Assembly (NCBI GenBank): GCA_010093605.1
Contig: MU004184.1
Span: 382,801 to 446,800 of the forward strand
Direction: 5' to 3'
Length of the DNA: 64,000 nt
Source of the DNA: Lophium mytilinum
Taxonomy: Eukaryota
Shown here: positions 1 to 13,156 of the stretch, piece after piece
Layout of the letters: each line of letters opens with the position of its first letter
How positions within the stretch are numbered: the first letter of the stretch is position 1
Notes under the pieces: model-generated
Databases searched by the model: none
Told to the model about the DNA's origin: nothing
The model's input: the letters and a program-made list of their open reading frames with translations, nothing else
Translations under genes and position numbers: made by a program

Positions 1-2013
1 ACTATAGAACTAATTTAGAGATAAGTAAAGTATTTAAGTTAGAATTTAAGCCTAATATAGATAATATAGAGAAGAAGAATATAGAAATAGAGGTAGGTAA
101 GATAGATAATACTAAAGCGGAGATAGAGGTAGATAATATAGAGATAGAGAATAGCAGATAGAAGGCTTCTCTTAAGTATATTTAAGTTATATAGTAGGCA
201 GTATATATAGTTAGTTTAGACCCTTAAATATAGTAGTTTATTCTATAATAGCGTCTATATTTAAGTATAAAGTATAATAGAGTTTTAAAAATATTAATAT
301 ATAAGTTAATTACTAGTAATTTAATTTTTCTTACTATTTATACGCTTAACTCTTCTCTTTTATAGATTATTAATTATAATTAGAGATTATATATATCTCC
401 CTTTTATAATTAGAGTTAGCCTACTACTTATATTATTTTACCCGTCTTAATTCTATTATACCCCTTCTTATTAAGTAGGGCTACTACTTATTTAAATACC
501 GCGCAGGTATATATAAGTTAGTTATACTAGTTAAGATTTACACCCTATAAACTATTTAAAGTAATATCTAGGGTAGCTAATATTAGAGGCTGCATTTCTA
601 ATAATATTAAGAGGTATTCTATTAGTAGACCTACTACCCCATCTAATAGACCTAAATTCTTTCTTTAATTCTAAAGTAGTATATATTATTCTTTATCTTT
701 AGGCTCTAATACTAGAAGACTACTCTTTTTAAAGCCTAGTATTATCTATAGCTTCTACTCTATTACCTTTAATACTTAATATAATTAATTATAATTAGAG
801 ATTATTACCCTCTTATAATAGTATAAAGTCTATTTTAACTATTTAACTTCTTAGGCTATATAGTATTATCTATTACCTAAGCTAAGGCTATAAACCTACT
901 TTATCTAGTAGGCGTATATTATATTATAGCTAGTAAAGACCTTTACTTTCTCTACTAATAACTAAGTAGGCTAGTAAGTAAAATCTAACTCTAACCTTAC
1001 TCTTGCGTATAAGTTTTACTATACTCTTTCTTACTATATTACTAATAGCTTAATAGCCTAAGTTACTATAACTCTACTACTATAATAGAGTAGATAGTAG
1101 TCTACTAGAATAGACTAGTAGACCTTATTATTACTATTTATATTAATAGCTATATAGACTACTTTAAAGCGCTATATACTATATATAGTAGAGATAACCT
1201 AGAGAAAGCTACTATATTTCTCTAGCGCCCTTAGAAAGATATTACTAACTTTAAGGTTAAATATAATATACTTATCTAGTTTATATATAAGTATTTACTA
1301 TATCTAGTTTTAAGTTAAGAATTAAATAATATAAAGGGCGGCTAGTCTAATAAGCTAGAGATAAAAACTATACTAGAGGTAGTAAAGAAGGCCTATAGGG
1401 AGGGCTCTAAGAGCTTTTTTATTAAGAATTAGGCCTATATAAGTCTATCTACTACTTCTCTATCTATATTTACTAACTATTTACTAGTATAAGAAGCTTA
1501 TAGTACCTATAGTTCTAGATAAAAGTAGCTTTAAATACTCTAGAGATAAAGAAGATATAGTAGTATAGCTATATAAAAGCTATAGACTTTAAGTTAATAT
1601 ATCTATAAATATACTTAATATTACTAGTAGCGCAGCACTAATTATATATATAAGCTATACTTTAATACCTACTCTACTAAGTATATTCTAATCTATAATT
1701 ATTAATATAGATATTAGAAAGACCTTCTACTACTACTAAGACCTAAAATATACACCGCTACTATATATAAGAAGATTATATATTTACTAACCTATATTTA
1801 GTCCTCTTACTAATATATACCTACTTTATTAACCCTAAAGATAGTTCTATATTTAAAGTTAGCCTTATAAATCTAATATTATTCTACTTAAATTACGCCG
1901 CCTTAGGTAAGACTATTAGCTGCTATACAGCTATATATAGAAAGAAAGAGAAGAAAGATAACTATAATCTCTAACTAGAAGTCTAAATTTATACTAAGTA
2001 TATTCTTATAGTT

Positions 2014-2161
2014 AAGCTATAGATCTTAATATTCTAGAAGACTAGAAGTATATAAGTAGCGCTATTATTACTAGAGACCTATATCTTTATAGATAAGCTA
2101 TAGACCTTAGTATACTAGAAGACTAGAGGTATATAAGAGGCGCTATTATTACTAGAAACCT
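2014..2161 (+). repeat. 81-bp tandem duplication (27 codons) inside a RIP-destroyed gene relic
   Basis: aagctataga(t/c)ctta...gcgctattattactaga(g/a)acct starts at 2014 and again at 2095. Confidence 0.85.
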
Positions 2162-3504
2162 TAGTAATAGCTAAGGCTAAAGAGAAGAACTTAGAAATAG
2201 TAGTATTAGAATAAGAGACTTAAGGTGCAACCTTAAAGAATAAATATAAAGCGCTATCTAATAAACTAGAGCCTATAGACCTTATAGAAGATAAAGATAA
2301 ATTAGATATATACTACTTTAATAATAGAAAGAACTAAATAGAGAAAGTTAACTAGAATAAAGAAAATACTATAAAGGAGGTATTATCTATAGAAGATCTA
2401 GATAGCTTAAAGGTAGTAGAGGCGGCCTTATATAAGGCTAAAATAGGCCTAATTATAGCTTAGACTAGTATTAAAAAGGCTTTAGAAATTATATATACTT
2501 ATATAGTAAGAGATAAAGAGAAGAATACTAACTCTACTATTTTCTACTCCCCTAATATTATCTAAGAGACGCCTAAAAGTAGATATAGAAGGCGTATATA
2601 CTTAGTATAGTAAGTATCTTCTTAAGAAATTACTAATTTCCTAGTATATATATAGGTAGAAAGCAGCCTTAAATAGAACTATATAAGTCTATCTATATAT
2701 ACTCTCTATATATCTTCTATATTCTTATACTACTACTAAGTTAACTTTTAATAGATATATAGTATATATATATACCTTATATCTTAAAGCCTACCTCCGC
2801 CCTAAGCTCTAACTTAGAAACTACTTATCTACCTACTTTTAATATAAACCCCCTAAACTATATACGCTTAAAAATACTACTAGTTTTATAACACCTATTT
2901 AGAAATATTCTATAGTTATAATATCTAGCGCGTTAAGCTATAATATAAGGGATTAAATCTAAGGCTAATTAAGAATAACTATTAGTAATAATAGCGCACT
3001 ACTATAAAGATATACTTATGCAAGATTCTAATAGTATACTTAAGAGAAAAGTATATAGTAACTATTAGTTAAAATATATACGCCTAAGCTTTAAATTTCT
3101 AGCGCCTACCTATATATATAATAGGACTATTCTTCTCTATTCTATAGGTATAAAAGCCTACTCTATATCTCTTTCTCTATACTATAGAGTAGTAGAAGGT
3201 AGTAAGAGTTAAAAAGATAGAAGAGTTATAGTAGAGATTAACTTAAGGCTAACTATTTAAAATATAGTAGGTATTAAAATTATATATACTAATAAATTAT
3301 AGTAGAGGCTAAAGCTAGTAGAAACTTATTTAAAAAGCTAGAATATAGAGAATAAAAAGTAGTATATAGGTATAGCTTACTAATAGTATTTATTATAATA
3401 GAAAGCTAATAGCGTACTAATATCTAGATTAGTAATTAGACTAGTATAGTTCTATAGAGCTATATTAGGTAAAGGTAATATACTTTAGTATTACTAGCTT
3501 ATAT

Positions 3505-3640
3505 TATCTACTAAGCTTTTCTATTTCTTCTACTCTACTTTATAAGCTTTTTTATCTACTAGATTTCTCTATTTCTCCTACTCTACTCTATAGAATTTTT
3601 TTTCTACTAAGTTTTTCTATTTCTTCCACTCTACTCTATA
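3505..3640. repeat. 48-bp tandem repeat, about 3 copies
   Basis: Units tatctactaagcttttctatttcttctactctact.. at 3505, 3553 and 3601. The period is divisible by 3 and the minus strand is purine-rich (possible K/E-rich coding relic). Confidence 0.85.
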
Positions 3641-4359
3641 TAATAGCGCCTTAGTTTTAGTATAATCTTTTATATATATAGCTCTTAATCTTTTTAACTA
3701 CTATATATAACTATATATCTATATTTTCTACTAGCTTTTAACTCTACTCTAACTACTACTTCTCTAGCCCTACTTTTCTTAGAAAATAAGCGGGCGGATA
3801 GAATATATACTCTATTACTAGCGCTAGATATACTTTAATTTAGTATTATAGAAATAACCTAGCCCTTATATATACTAGTAATAGATAACTATTTACTATA
3901 TAATAACGTAGTAGAGAGAGGGAAAATAAAGCTACCTCTACTTTAATATCTCTAACTCTTCTTATAGTACTATATAAGATTATCTAGAATTATATAAAAT
4001 TATCTATAATTATTATAGTATACTTTCTATATTTTTATATTCTAAAAGAGACTCTAGCCTATTCTTTTAAGTATATTTTAGGTTCTATAACTGCCCCGCT
4101 AGATAGAGAGTATATATTCTTATTACCTTCTAGCGCATAAGTATACTATAGACTAGATTATAAAATAATAGTATTTTAACTTCTAAGGTTAAAAGTATAA
4201 TAGAAGAGACTATAAATAGAGAAGCGGTAATTTAAAATATAGATAGAAGGAGTAAAGCGTACTAATATAGAGGGAAATAAGAGATATAGAAGAAGTAAAT
4301 AGAAAAAAGGGGCTATAGAGGTAGTAGCGTTATAGCTATAATACTAGAGGCTATTCTAT

Positions 4360-7300
4360 AATATAGATATAAGAGACTACTACTAGAGCTTATATTAGTA
4401 GTAGAATAGTTATATACTTTTTATTATTTATAGATAGTTATATACCGCGGCCTAACTTTTAAATAATAGGTCTTAGTAGTAATATAGTAAGAGTCTACCT
4501 AAGAATATATTAAGCATCCTAATTATAATTTATAAGCTAGACCTAGCGCTAAATTATAGAAAAAATAGATTATATCTTTTCTACCTATTCTCTATATATT
4601 TATTAAATTTACTTTTTAACTACTATAGCTTTAACTTTACTATACTAACTATTTATAGAATAAAAATTAAATATTCTAGCCTAAGTACTTACTATCTCTA
4701 CTTACTTCTACCCCCGCCTTATACTACTATAGAGAGGGAAGAGTAGTAAATAGAATTATTTTATAGTAGAATATAGGCGGTATTATATATAGTATATATA
4801 TTAGCTCTAGCACTACTAAAACTAATTAGGTAAAAGATACTATAGAACTAAATTATTAATAGTTTAAAATAATAGATAATAATTAAGTATTATTAAGCTA
4901 TATAGTATATAGGTAAACTACTACTAGTTTATATAGTAATATTACCTGCGCTAGTAGTTTATATAGATATTATATAATTTACGCGGTTTACTAGAAGTTT
5001 ACGCTATTTACTACTAAGCACTAATAGCCCTAACTTTTATAGTTTTAGGTTTTTCTAATAACTACTTATTTATATTTACCTTAATATAAGTAGACTATAT
5101 CTAGCTACTTTCTAGAGAGAATACTACTATTTTCTCTTTACTTATAACTACTCTAGGTATATATAGGTAGAAATAATAAAAATAAAAGGTAAAATAGTAG
5201 AGAAGATCTAAAAGTTCTATATTATAATTAAAAACTAGTATAGCTATTAGCTAAAAATACTCTATAGTAATAACGGCGGTAAATTTATTAACTTTTTAGT
5301 TAAATAGATCTACTAGAAATATAGAATCCTCTATAAGCTTACCGCTCTATATAATCTAGAGTAAAATAGTATAGTAGAGATTAGAAATAAAAAGATCTAG
5401 AATATTATATAAGCGCTACTTAAGAATATAAATATATTTAAACTTACCTAGTTAAAACTAGTTAAGACCGCTATCTATATTCTAAATTAATTACTAACCT
5501 TAAGCCTTAATAATAATATTATACTATATAAAGCTCTCTTTAGTAAGAAACTAGACCTCTCTTATATACGCGTTATTAGTTTAACTAGTTATATATCTAT
5601 CCTTTAAACTATATTATTAAAGAAAATAGATAATTACGCCTATAAATATATTCTTCTAAGCTATAGTAGTATCTACTAATACTATATTTAGCTACTAAAA
5701 CTAGAATAAATTACTCTTATTTAGTACGCTATTTTTAATAAGAAAGAAGTATATAAACCCTATAATTTCTACCTATAAATTAATATAAACTAAGAAGCAC
5801 TAGAACTCTATTCTACTAAGAATTAACTCTAGTTATAACTCTAGAAATAGCTATATATATAAACGCTTACTATTAACTAGCGCTAGCTAGATAAGCTCTA
5901 GCTATAAGAAGTATAAACTAAGCTTAAGGGGGGACTATTATACTATATATAATTAAAATACTATATTAGTATACTTACTACTAATACTAGTAATATCTAT
6001 AACCTAAATATAGCTAATATATAGAAGCTTATAATTAAAGAACTTATAGCTAAGATTAAAACTATAATTACCCGCCTATAGTAACTTAACTTTATCTATA
6101 CTAATATTAGCTATACTATATAGAGCCTAATATATATAGTTAAAGCCCTTTAAGCCTATACCTATAATATTATTACTATACCTACTAAAACTAATTCTAC
6201 TAAACCTACTATATATAAGTAGGCTATATAATCTAAGTAATATACTAAATAGAATATAGCTATAAAAGATAAATTAGCCTTACTAGTAGAAAATAATATA
6301 TAGTCTATAGTACTTTAACTAAGAAATATAATAAAGGTTTTATAAGGTAAATAGGTATATAAACTTAAGTAAGATACTAAGAAATATATTAGCTACTTTA
6401 AAGTATAATAGATAGTATATAGTTTTAAATAACGCTATAGAATTAATTTTAATAAAACCTTTACTATAGTTATTAAACTAATAAGCTATAAAGCTCTATT
6501 TACTCTTACTATTTAAAATAGCTAGTATATCTATTAAATAGATATTAAAATAGCATTTCTCTATAGTAATATTAATAGAGATATATATATAGAATTACTA
6601 GATAGTACTAATACTCTAGGCTAAGTCTATAAGCTTAACCGCGCACTTTATAGGCTAAAATAGTTACTACGCATCTAGTACTAAACGCTAGCTAAATTTC
6701 TAGCTATAATTAACTATCTACTAGCTCTAGAAGACTATAGCGTCTTTATTTATAAGAAGAATAGTATAATCCTAATAGTATATATTAATAATCTACTTAT
6801 CTTTAGTTTAAATAAAAAGAATATTACTAGCCTAAAGGTAGCACTTACTATATACTTTAGTATAACTAATATAGGTAATATCTTCTACTACCTAGGTATA
6901 TAAGTTATAAGAAATAAAACTATAGTCTATCTCTACTAGTTATAATATATTAATAAAATTTTTAAAAACTTTAACTTTAAAAACCTCTCCGCAGTTAAAT
7001 AACTAATAGTTAGTAATAGCTACCTACTACTAGCGCTAGATAAATACCGCGCTTTAGAGGAATTTAGGGTATATTACTAATTAGCTATTAGATTACTAAT
7101 ATACTTTATACTAGGTACGCAGCCTAATATTATATATATAATCTTATAAGTTAGTTAATTCTCTACTAACCTAATAGAGGCCTACTAGAGCGCTATTAAG
7201 AAGATTTTCCGCTACCTTAAGAGTATAAAGACTCTTAGACTTATCTTTAGTAAAGTAGACCTTACTAGCTTCTTTAATACTAATTAGGCTAGAGACTATA

Positions 7301-8085
7301 ATTAATGCTCTACCGGCGGATATATTCTTAAACTTAGAAACGCTACTATTAGCTAGTTATCTAAGTATTAAAATACTACCGCGCTATTAAGCTATAAAGC
7401 TAAATATATTACTATAGCTAAAGTAGCTAAAAAAGCTATTTAGCTAGAATATCTACTATTATATATTAGATATAAAGGGGACCCTAAAATTATACTATAT
7501 ATTAATAATAAGGGCGCTATTAGTTTAGCTAAGAACTCTATTAGCTATAACTAAATAAAATATATTAAACTCTAGTAGTACTTTCTCTATAAGAAAGTTA
7601 AGAAAGGAGTTATTAATATAAAGTTTATTAGTACTAAGAAATAAACTACTAATAGACTTACTAAGCCGCTATTAAAAGACGCCTTTAACTAATTTATTAA
7701 AGATATAGACCTTAAGCACTACCCCTAAGACGTAAATAAGGAGAAGTATACGCTAATAGAGTACGCCCTATATTAGCTATAGCTTATATTCTTTAGCTAG
7801 CGCTAGTAGGGTCTATACTACACCGCTCTATATTAGTTATAGTAGTTAATACTAATAACTCTAGTAACCTACATTAGCTATAGTAGTTAGCGCTAATAAC
7901 TCTAGTAATCTATATTAGTTATAATATAAAGTAGATTAGTTATATAGTCTCTATATATATAATAGTTTACTTCTATATATAGATAATAAATCTAGAAGAT
8001 ATATAAATATAGCTATATACTATATAATTTAACTATATAAACTACTACTTACTATAGCTAACCTTTTAGCCTATTAAGATATTAT
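4360..8085 (+). mobile_element. Ty1/Copia LTR retrotransposon relic, 5'-truncated and RIP-inactivated (ends approximate)
   Basis: De-RIPped motifs in Copia order: integrase SDNGGEF (~5265) and TAPYNPEQNG (~5341); RT VVKPMSYKALF (~6470) and YVDDLLI (6781); RNase H FSDADWAGD (~7270), KHIE (~7558) and DGLTKPL (~7651). A purine tract at ~7737-7746 precedes a probable 3' LTR from 7747. No matching 5' LTR seen. Confidence 0.9.
7828..7923 (+). repeat. 41-bp tandem repeat (about 2.3 copies) within the presumed Copia 3' LTR
   Basis: cta(t/c)attag(t/c)tatagtagtta...aataactctagtaa units at 7828, 7869 and 7910. Confidence 0.85.
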
Positions 8086-8889
8086 TAGAGTTCTAGAATA
8101 GATATACTATAAGGTAGAAAAGAAATATTAGACCTAAGATATATATAATAATAAGAAAAGTAGTATTAAATTAAATAGTATGCGTATACTAATTAAAATA
8201 GATATCTAATTATTACTACTACCTAAATTTAGCTACACTAATAAAGATACTATTAAAGCGCCCTTTTATACTCTATTAGTTAGCTCTATATATACTATTA
8301 AGGTAAACTATCTTTATAAGATTTATAACTAATATATAGATTACTAGAAAAGCGCTATAAAATAAACTAGTAATAGTAATATCTATAATAAGTATATATA
8401 TAGAACCTTAGTAAAATATAACTCTTCTAAATAGATTCTTTAGAATAGCCTAGCTAATATTATAGGTAGCTAGAAAGTTTAGAACTAAGTTATAATAAAG
8501 CTAGTTATATTTCTTATATCTAAAAATAAGGCGCCTTTTATTAGTACTTATATAGAAGATATTTCCCTCTAGGTCTATAGTATAAATAGATTATATAATA
8601 TTCTACGCCTTACTAAAGTATTTATAGTCTTTAGATTTTCTACTAGTACTATTTCTTAGCTCTAGCTATAATAGAATAGGTTTACTATAATAATTATACC
8701 TAAAAATATACTTTTAATTAATAGAATTAGATATAACTTTAAATATATATATTATATTAAGTTATAAGAGAATATTATAGTTATTACTAAGTATAAAAGT
8801 AACCTTTTCTAGATATAGCTAAATATTAATAGTACTCCCCTTTCTAGTATCTATCTATAACTAGCTATACTAGCTATAGATAACCTACT

Positions 8890-8986
8890 TATAAAAATAC
8901 TACTAACTATAAGAGTACTACTAACTATAGAGGTCCTGCTAACTATATATTATAGGGGTTCTACTAACTATAAAAATACTACTAAC
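8890..8986 (+). repeat. 18-bp minisatellite, 5 copies
   Basis: tataaaaatactactaac-like units at 8890, 8908, 8926, 8951 and 8969. Confidence 0.85.
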
Positions 8987-9008
8987 TCTATTAACTAGCT
9001 AGCCTCTA

Positions 9009-9122
9009 TATATATTATATTATATTATAATTACCTTATTATATATTATATTATATTATTATTATATTATATTACGCCGCTATTACNNNNNNNNNNTATA
9101 TTATTTTTATATTATTATATAA
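9009..9122. repeat. (TATTA)n-like simple repeat spanning a 10-N assembly gap (9087-9096)
   Basis: Seen directly in the sequence. Confidence 0.9.
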
Positions 9123-10777
9123 TACTACACCCCTGCGCGTTCTAATATATAACTATAGTTCTTTTCTATATTTTAGAAAATATCTACTTTACTTCTATAC
9201 TCTATAATTAGTATACTTTATATCTAGTACTAAATAACCTTTATATAGCTTAGTTTCTACTCTATTATAACTTTTAAGTAGCTAACTAAGTATCTTATTA
9301 ACTACTCTTTAAGCTCTAAGCTCTTTTAGGCCTAGTCTATAAGCTCTAAGTACTCTTAGGCCTACCTTACTTCTCTCTAGCTAAGCTAGGCTACTCTTTT
9401 TTAAAGCTCTTATCTAAAGGCTATATATAGTAGAGATACTAGAAATACTATAAAGTAAATAGAGAGTATATTTAATATTATAGAAACTATAGATACTATA
9501 AAGAATACTAGATATAATACTTCTATTTCTAAATATATATACTAAGTTCTAGTAGCTATTATAGTAATACCTTTACTACTAGCCCTTTAAGAGAAATATT
9601 ACTACTACTCTACTAGTATATACTATTAAGGCCTAGAATCTTATATATCTAGAGAACCTACTACTTTTATACTATTAACCTTAACTATAGTTTTAATTTT
9701 AGTAGTAGAATTTATCTATACCTTAGAATATATAGATAGTAACTATAAAAAGAGTAGTCTATCCCTATATTCTTTTACTAGGCTAAGTAGATACCTAATT
9801 ATCTATAGTAGAGACTAGACTACTATTAACCTAGATATTACTAATAGCCTAATTAGAATCTATAGTAGTATCTCTCTAGTTAATAGTACTCTTAATACCT
9901 ATCTATATACTATTTTTTACTTTTATATCTTTTATACCTTTTATATCTACTATAGACTTTAGCTCTATCTAGCTACTTAAGCCTAACTTAATAATAGAAT
10001 AAATACCTTTCTTAATAACTATATTATAGCTATAGACTTAGTACTACTATACTACTATATTAAGAAAAATAACTAATATAAATATATTATTCTAGATACT
10101 TTCTATTTAATATATTACTTTTAGGTAATACTTATAGCTCTTAAAGATATCTAGAATAATATATAGTACTATACTAACTATAAGGCTATCTATAGCTACT
10201 TTAATAATCTAGAAAATAGACTAAAATTCTACTTTACCTTAGTATAGAGATAGTATACTACCTTTACTACTAATAACTTAGCTTAGTAAGTATAAGTTAA
10301 AAAGGGGGGAATTAAGCTAAGTATACTATTTTTATCTTTTATTACTAACTATATTCTCTCTTTCTATACTTAATCTTTTATATCTACTTATACTAGCTCT
10401 AATAGTAGCCTTAGATATTTAGTCTTAAAGCCTAGTATAATACTAGCTATCTTATTATTATATATATATACTTTTACTTAAGTAGAAGCTCTATTCTAGT
10501 AGAAGTTTTAATTACTATAAGCTTTAATTAAGTAGAAGTATTAGAAGTTATTAATCTAACGCTTCTAGTTATATAACTTCTAGAATATGCTAGTTATATA
10601 TAGACTTCTCCTATAGTATATATGGGCAAGTCCCCTTAAGTTAAATACAATCAAGGATTCACTTCAACAGTCTGTCGCGTGTCCGGTCGTCGAGATCAAC
10701 GACGCGGATGATGTGCGGGATACATGCTCCGAAATGCGGTGCCTCAAAACGATCGGATCGCTCGGCTTGCTCGCCGC

Positions 10778-10943
10778 AGGCTGATCTGGTCAATCTACGG
10801 CAGGATTATCCAAACCAAAAGCCTTGGGTGGCGTACACGTGGGAGTTGGGCTTGTACTCTTAGTACCGCGAAGTATCCTGCCAAGAACGGGCAGAAGGGG
10901 TGCCTATCAGGCGAAAGATCTTCTGAAGTTGATCGTCGTTGGT
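10778..10943 (-). pseudogene. PHO85: Fragment of Pho85-type cyclin-dependent kinase C-lobe
   Basis: Minus translation [39 protein letters not shown]..(frameshift)ILP*IDQISL matches the remembered fungal Pho85 [51 protein letters not shown]. It has stops and a frameshift; the rest of the kinase is absent. Confidence 0.85.
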
Positions 10944-11449
10944 CAACCTAGCAATGCTCTCCGTGTTTTTCCTTTTGCTCTAGTAGTCTGGTGGATTAAA
11001 GACTCTTTGTTTATTCGCCAAGTCTGACAACAGACTGTTATCGACACCTAAGACCGTTCCAGCTTTCTGTACTCTCATGATCAGGAGCAGAGGATCGCGG
11101 GTAATCTTCGTAAGACCATTCGGAAGCTGGAGGAGGGGGCGGCGGAGGGAGGGTGGATCCAGCTCGAGGAGGAGGTCAGCCGGTAGAAGCTCCTCCATAT
11201 CGCCGACGTCGACATCGTCCTCGTTGTCCTCGCTCCGAGTCTTGACTCCGGTCTTCCAACTAAAACTTCTGCTTTCTATGAGCGTTAATTTATGCAACGG
11301 AGACCACTTAAGGCACATACCTCGTGTCGCTTCTGTAAAGCCTCGTGATACTCACGATTCACATGCCGCAAGTAGCCTCCTCGTCTCATTCTCAGTTCGA
11401 GGTCTTCCTTCTTTACCCAAACAAAACGGAGAGACAGGAAGATCTCGAC

Positions 11450-11575
11450 CGTTTCTGAGCCAACTGCAATGGGAGCTTCCACAATGCATCCGTTTAGGAA
11501 CCTTCCGTTCATGAGTTTGACGCGCACATTGGCCGCTTCCACAGTCGAGAAACAAACGATGGCGATCCCATCACT
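11450..11575 (-). pseudogene. CUS2: Fragment of the UHM/RRM2 of U2-snRNP-associated factor Cus2/Tat-SF1
   Basis: DGIAIVCFSTVEAANVRVKLMNGRFLNGCIVEAPIAVGSE fits the Cus2/HTATSF1 pattern G(V/I)xxVxF...AAxACVxxMxGRxFxGRxVEAxIAxGxE. Confidence 0.65.
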
Positions 11576-11639
11576 CGAAGCAAAAATGAGCATGTTTCCA
11601 CGAAACTAGACTGCATTGACGAGAACCTATCCGATGAGA

Positions 11640-11975
11640 CCCTTGACATTCGTGCTGGCCACTGAAACCTAAAGCAAAAAGGAAAGGAAGGATGATCCGT
11701 CATGCTGGGCCCGTGACACTCCATATGCACAGGCTGATCGACAGAGATATTTCCGTCAACTCGCAATCATGGATCAGTATCACAAAGATCAGAAGCAGGC
11801 TATGCTTGCTCGAGTTGCTGAAAAGAACCCAGACGCCGCCACGACCTAGAACGCTAAACAGAGCCTGAAGGGGTGTGGGCGGACGGGGCTGGTTCTGGCT
11901 GGCCAAGGTCTCCCTAACACCATGTGCCACGAGAACAGCCCGGTCGAACCAGAGGTTGCCGGCCTGGAGTTGAGC
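11640..11975 (+). repeat. Diverged duplicated segment, copy 1 (paralog at about 30640-30985), unknown coding relic
   Basis: cactgaaacctaaagcaaaaagg...atgcttgctcg...agacgccgccacgac...ccggcctggagtt is collinear with cactaaaatctaaaccaaaagg...atgcttgctcg...agacgccgccacgac...ccggcttggagtt. Confidence 0.85.
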
Positions 11976-11994
11976 TTAAGTTAGGTTTCTATAT

Positions 11995-13156
11995 TCAGCT
12001 ATGGTTGTGATTTGGCGGAGTGACGGAGGGGAGGAACCGGGGGCCCGCGGCAGGGACGGGGTACTCTTGGTTGAGGGCCAACTTGTTCAGTATCGCGATC
12101 CCAAGCATTCGTTGTTGCATCTCAGAGCAGGAGATGACACATTTGCCGTCCAAATAGTTATTTAGAACACCATTGCGACTGACCAACGTGGTCCAGTGAG
12201 GCTTCTTCGGACTGTCCATGATGCCAGTATCGGTCGAGATGCGGTCGAGGCCGGCGCCGACACCAACGGCATGCTCGCTGTAGCGTCTGTAGGCAGAGAG
12301 GTCCTCCATCTGATCTTCCATTTCCTCAATGACAGAGTCGAACTCAGTCAAGCATAGGCCTCGAGTGGGGCCAGCGGTCTTGCGGCGATTGTAGGACGGC
12401 GGCGAGCCTGTGGCTGAAGCGCGATACCGTGCACGCGCGTTTTCTCTGCAGCTTGTCGCAAGCGCGCGATCGAGGACGCCTCGGCAGTCTTGTCTGGTTT
12501 TCCACAATATGAAGCTGGCAGCTTGAGGCCACCCTTTGAGTCGTTCGAATTGCTGCTGACGTCGTCGTCGTCTTCCAAGAGCTGGGGAAGGCCACTGGTA
12601 TCGAGAGTGGCCTCACCGAAAAGGATACTCTAGAAATCACGCCTAGGTCAACGCTCATGATGTCTCCAAGCGAGACAACTGGGTTCTTCGCCCATGTAGC
12701 TTCGATGCTCAGGTCCTCAGCCATATCAGCCATGGCAGTGTATACGGTCTTAGCTTCGCGTATGCCATCCGGAGTCGCGTCCTCGTCCGTCTCGGATGTC
12801 ATCTCGACAAGGAAGCCGGCGAAGCATTCTGTGGGGAAATAGTGGAAGGCAGGTGTAGAGAACGTAGTCTTGACCTCGACATTCTATCCACAGCCACCGT
12901 TCTGCATGGTGGCGAAGTTGGTCTCGGGCAGGAAGAAGCCCTGGGATGGGGGTAGAAACGTGACAAAAGTGCTTTGGTGAGCTCGATCGCAGGTGAAAGC
13001 CGAGGGTCGGGCGGAGTCGATGTTCACAGACGTATCAACTCCCAAGATGTCCCACTCACTCCAGGGTTGCTGCCCCACACGCTACAGTCTAGCATTATGA
13101 CGGCGGCGCCGAGATCCAGGAACGTGGTCATCGCCGAGATATCCCACACAATACAT
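11995..13156 (-). pseudogene. Disrupted hypothetical gene
   Basis: One reading frame from ATG 13156 continues through in-frame TAG stops at 13082 and 12884 into ORF 12344-12802, then shifts frame into ORFs 12348-12578 and 11995-12507. Confidence 0.65.

Larger units (their letters stand above)
1..10620. repeat. AT-rich RIP-degraded repeat block
   Basis: Extreme TpA excess with CpA/TpG depletion, no ORF >=60 aa in the ORF track, and an abrupt switch to balanced GC at about 10620. Confidence 0.95.

Noticed and set aside
12884..13084. In-frame TAG stops as A-to-I editing (stop-correction) sites
   Set aside because: The same gene also has frameshifts, and CAG/TGG>TAG is the expected RIP outcome.
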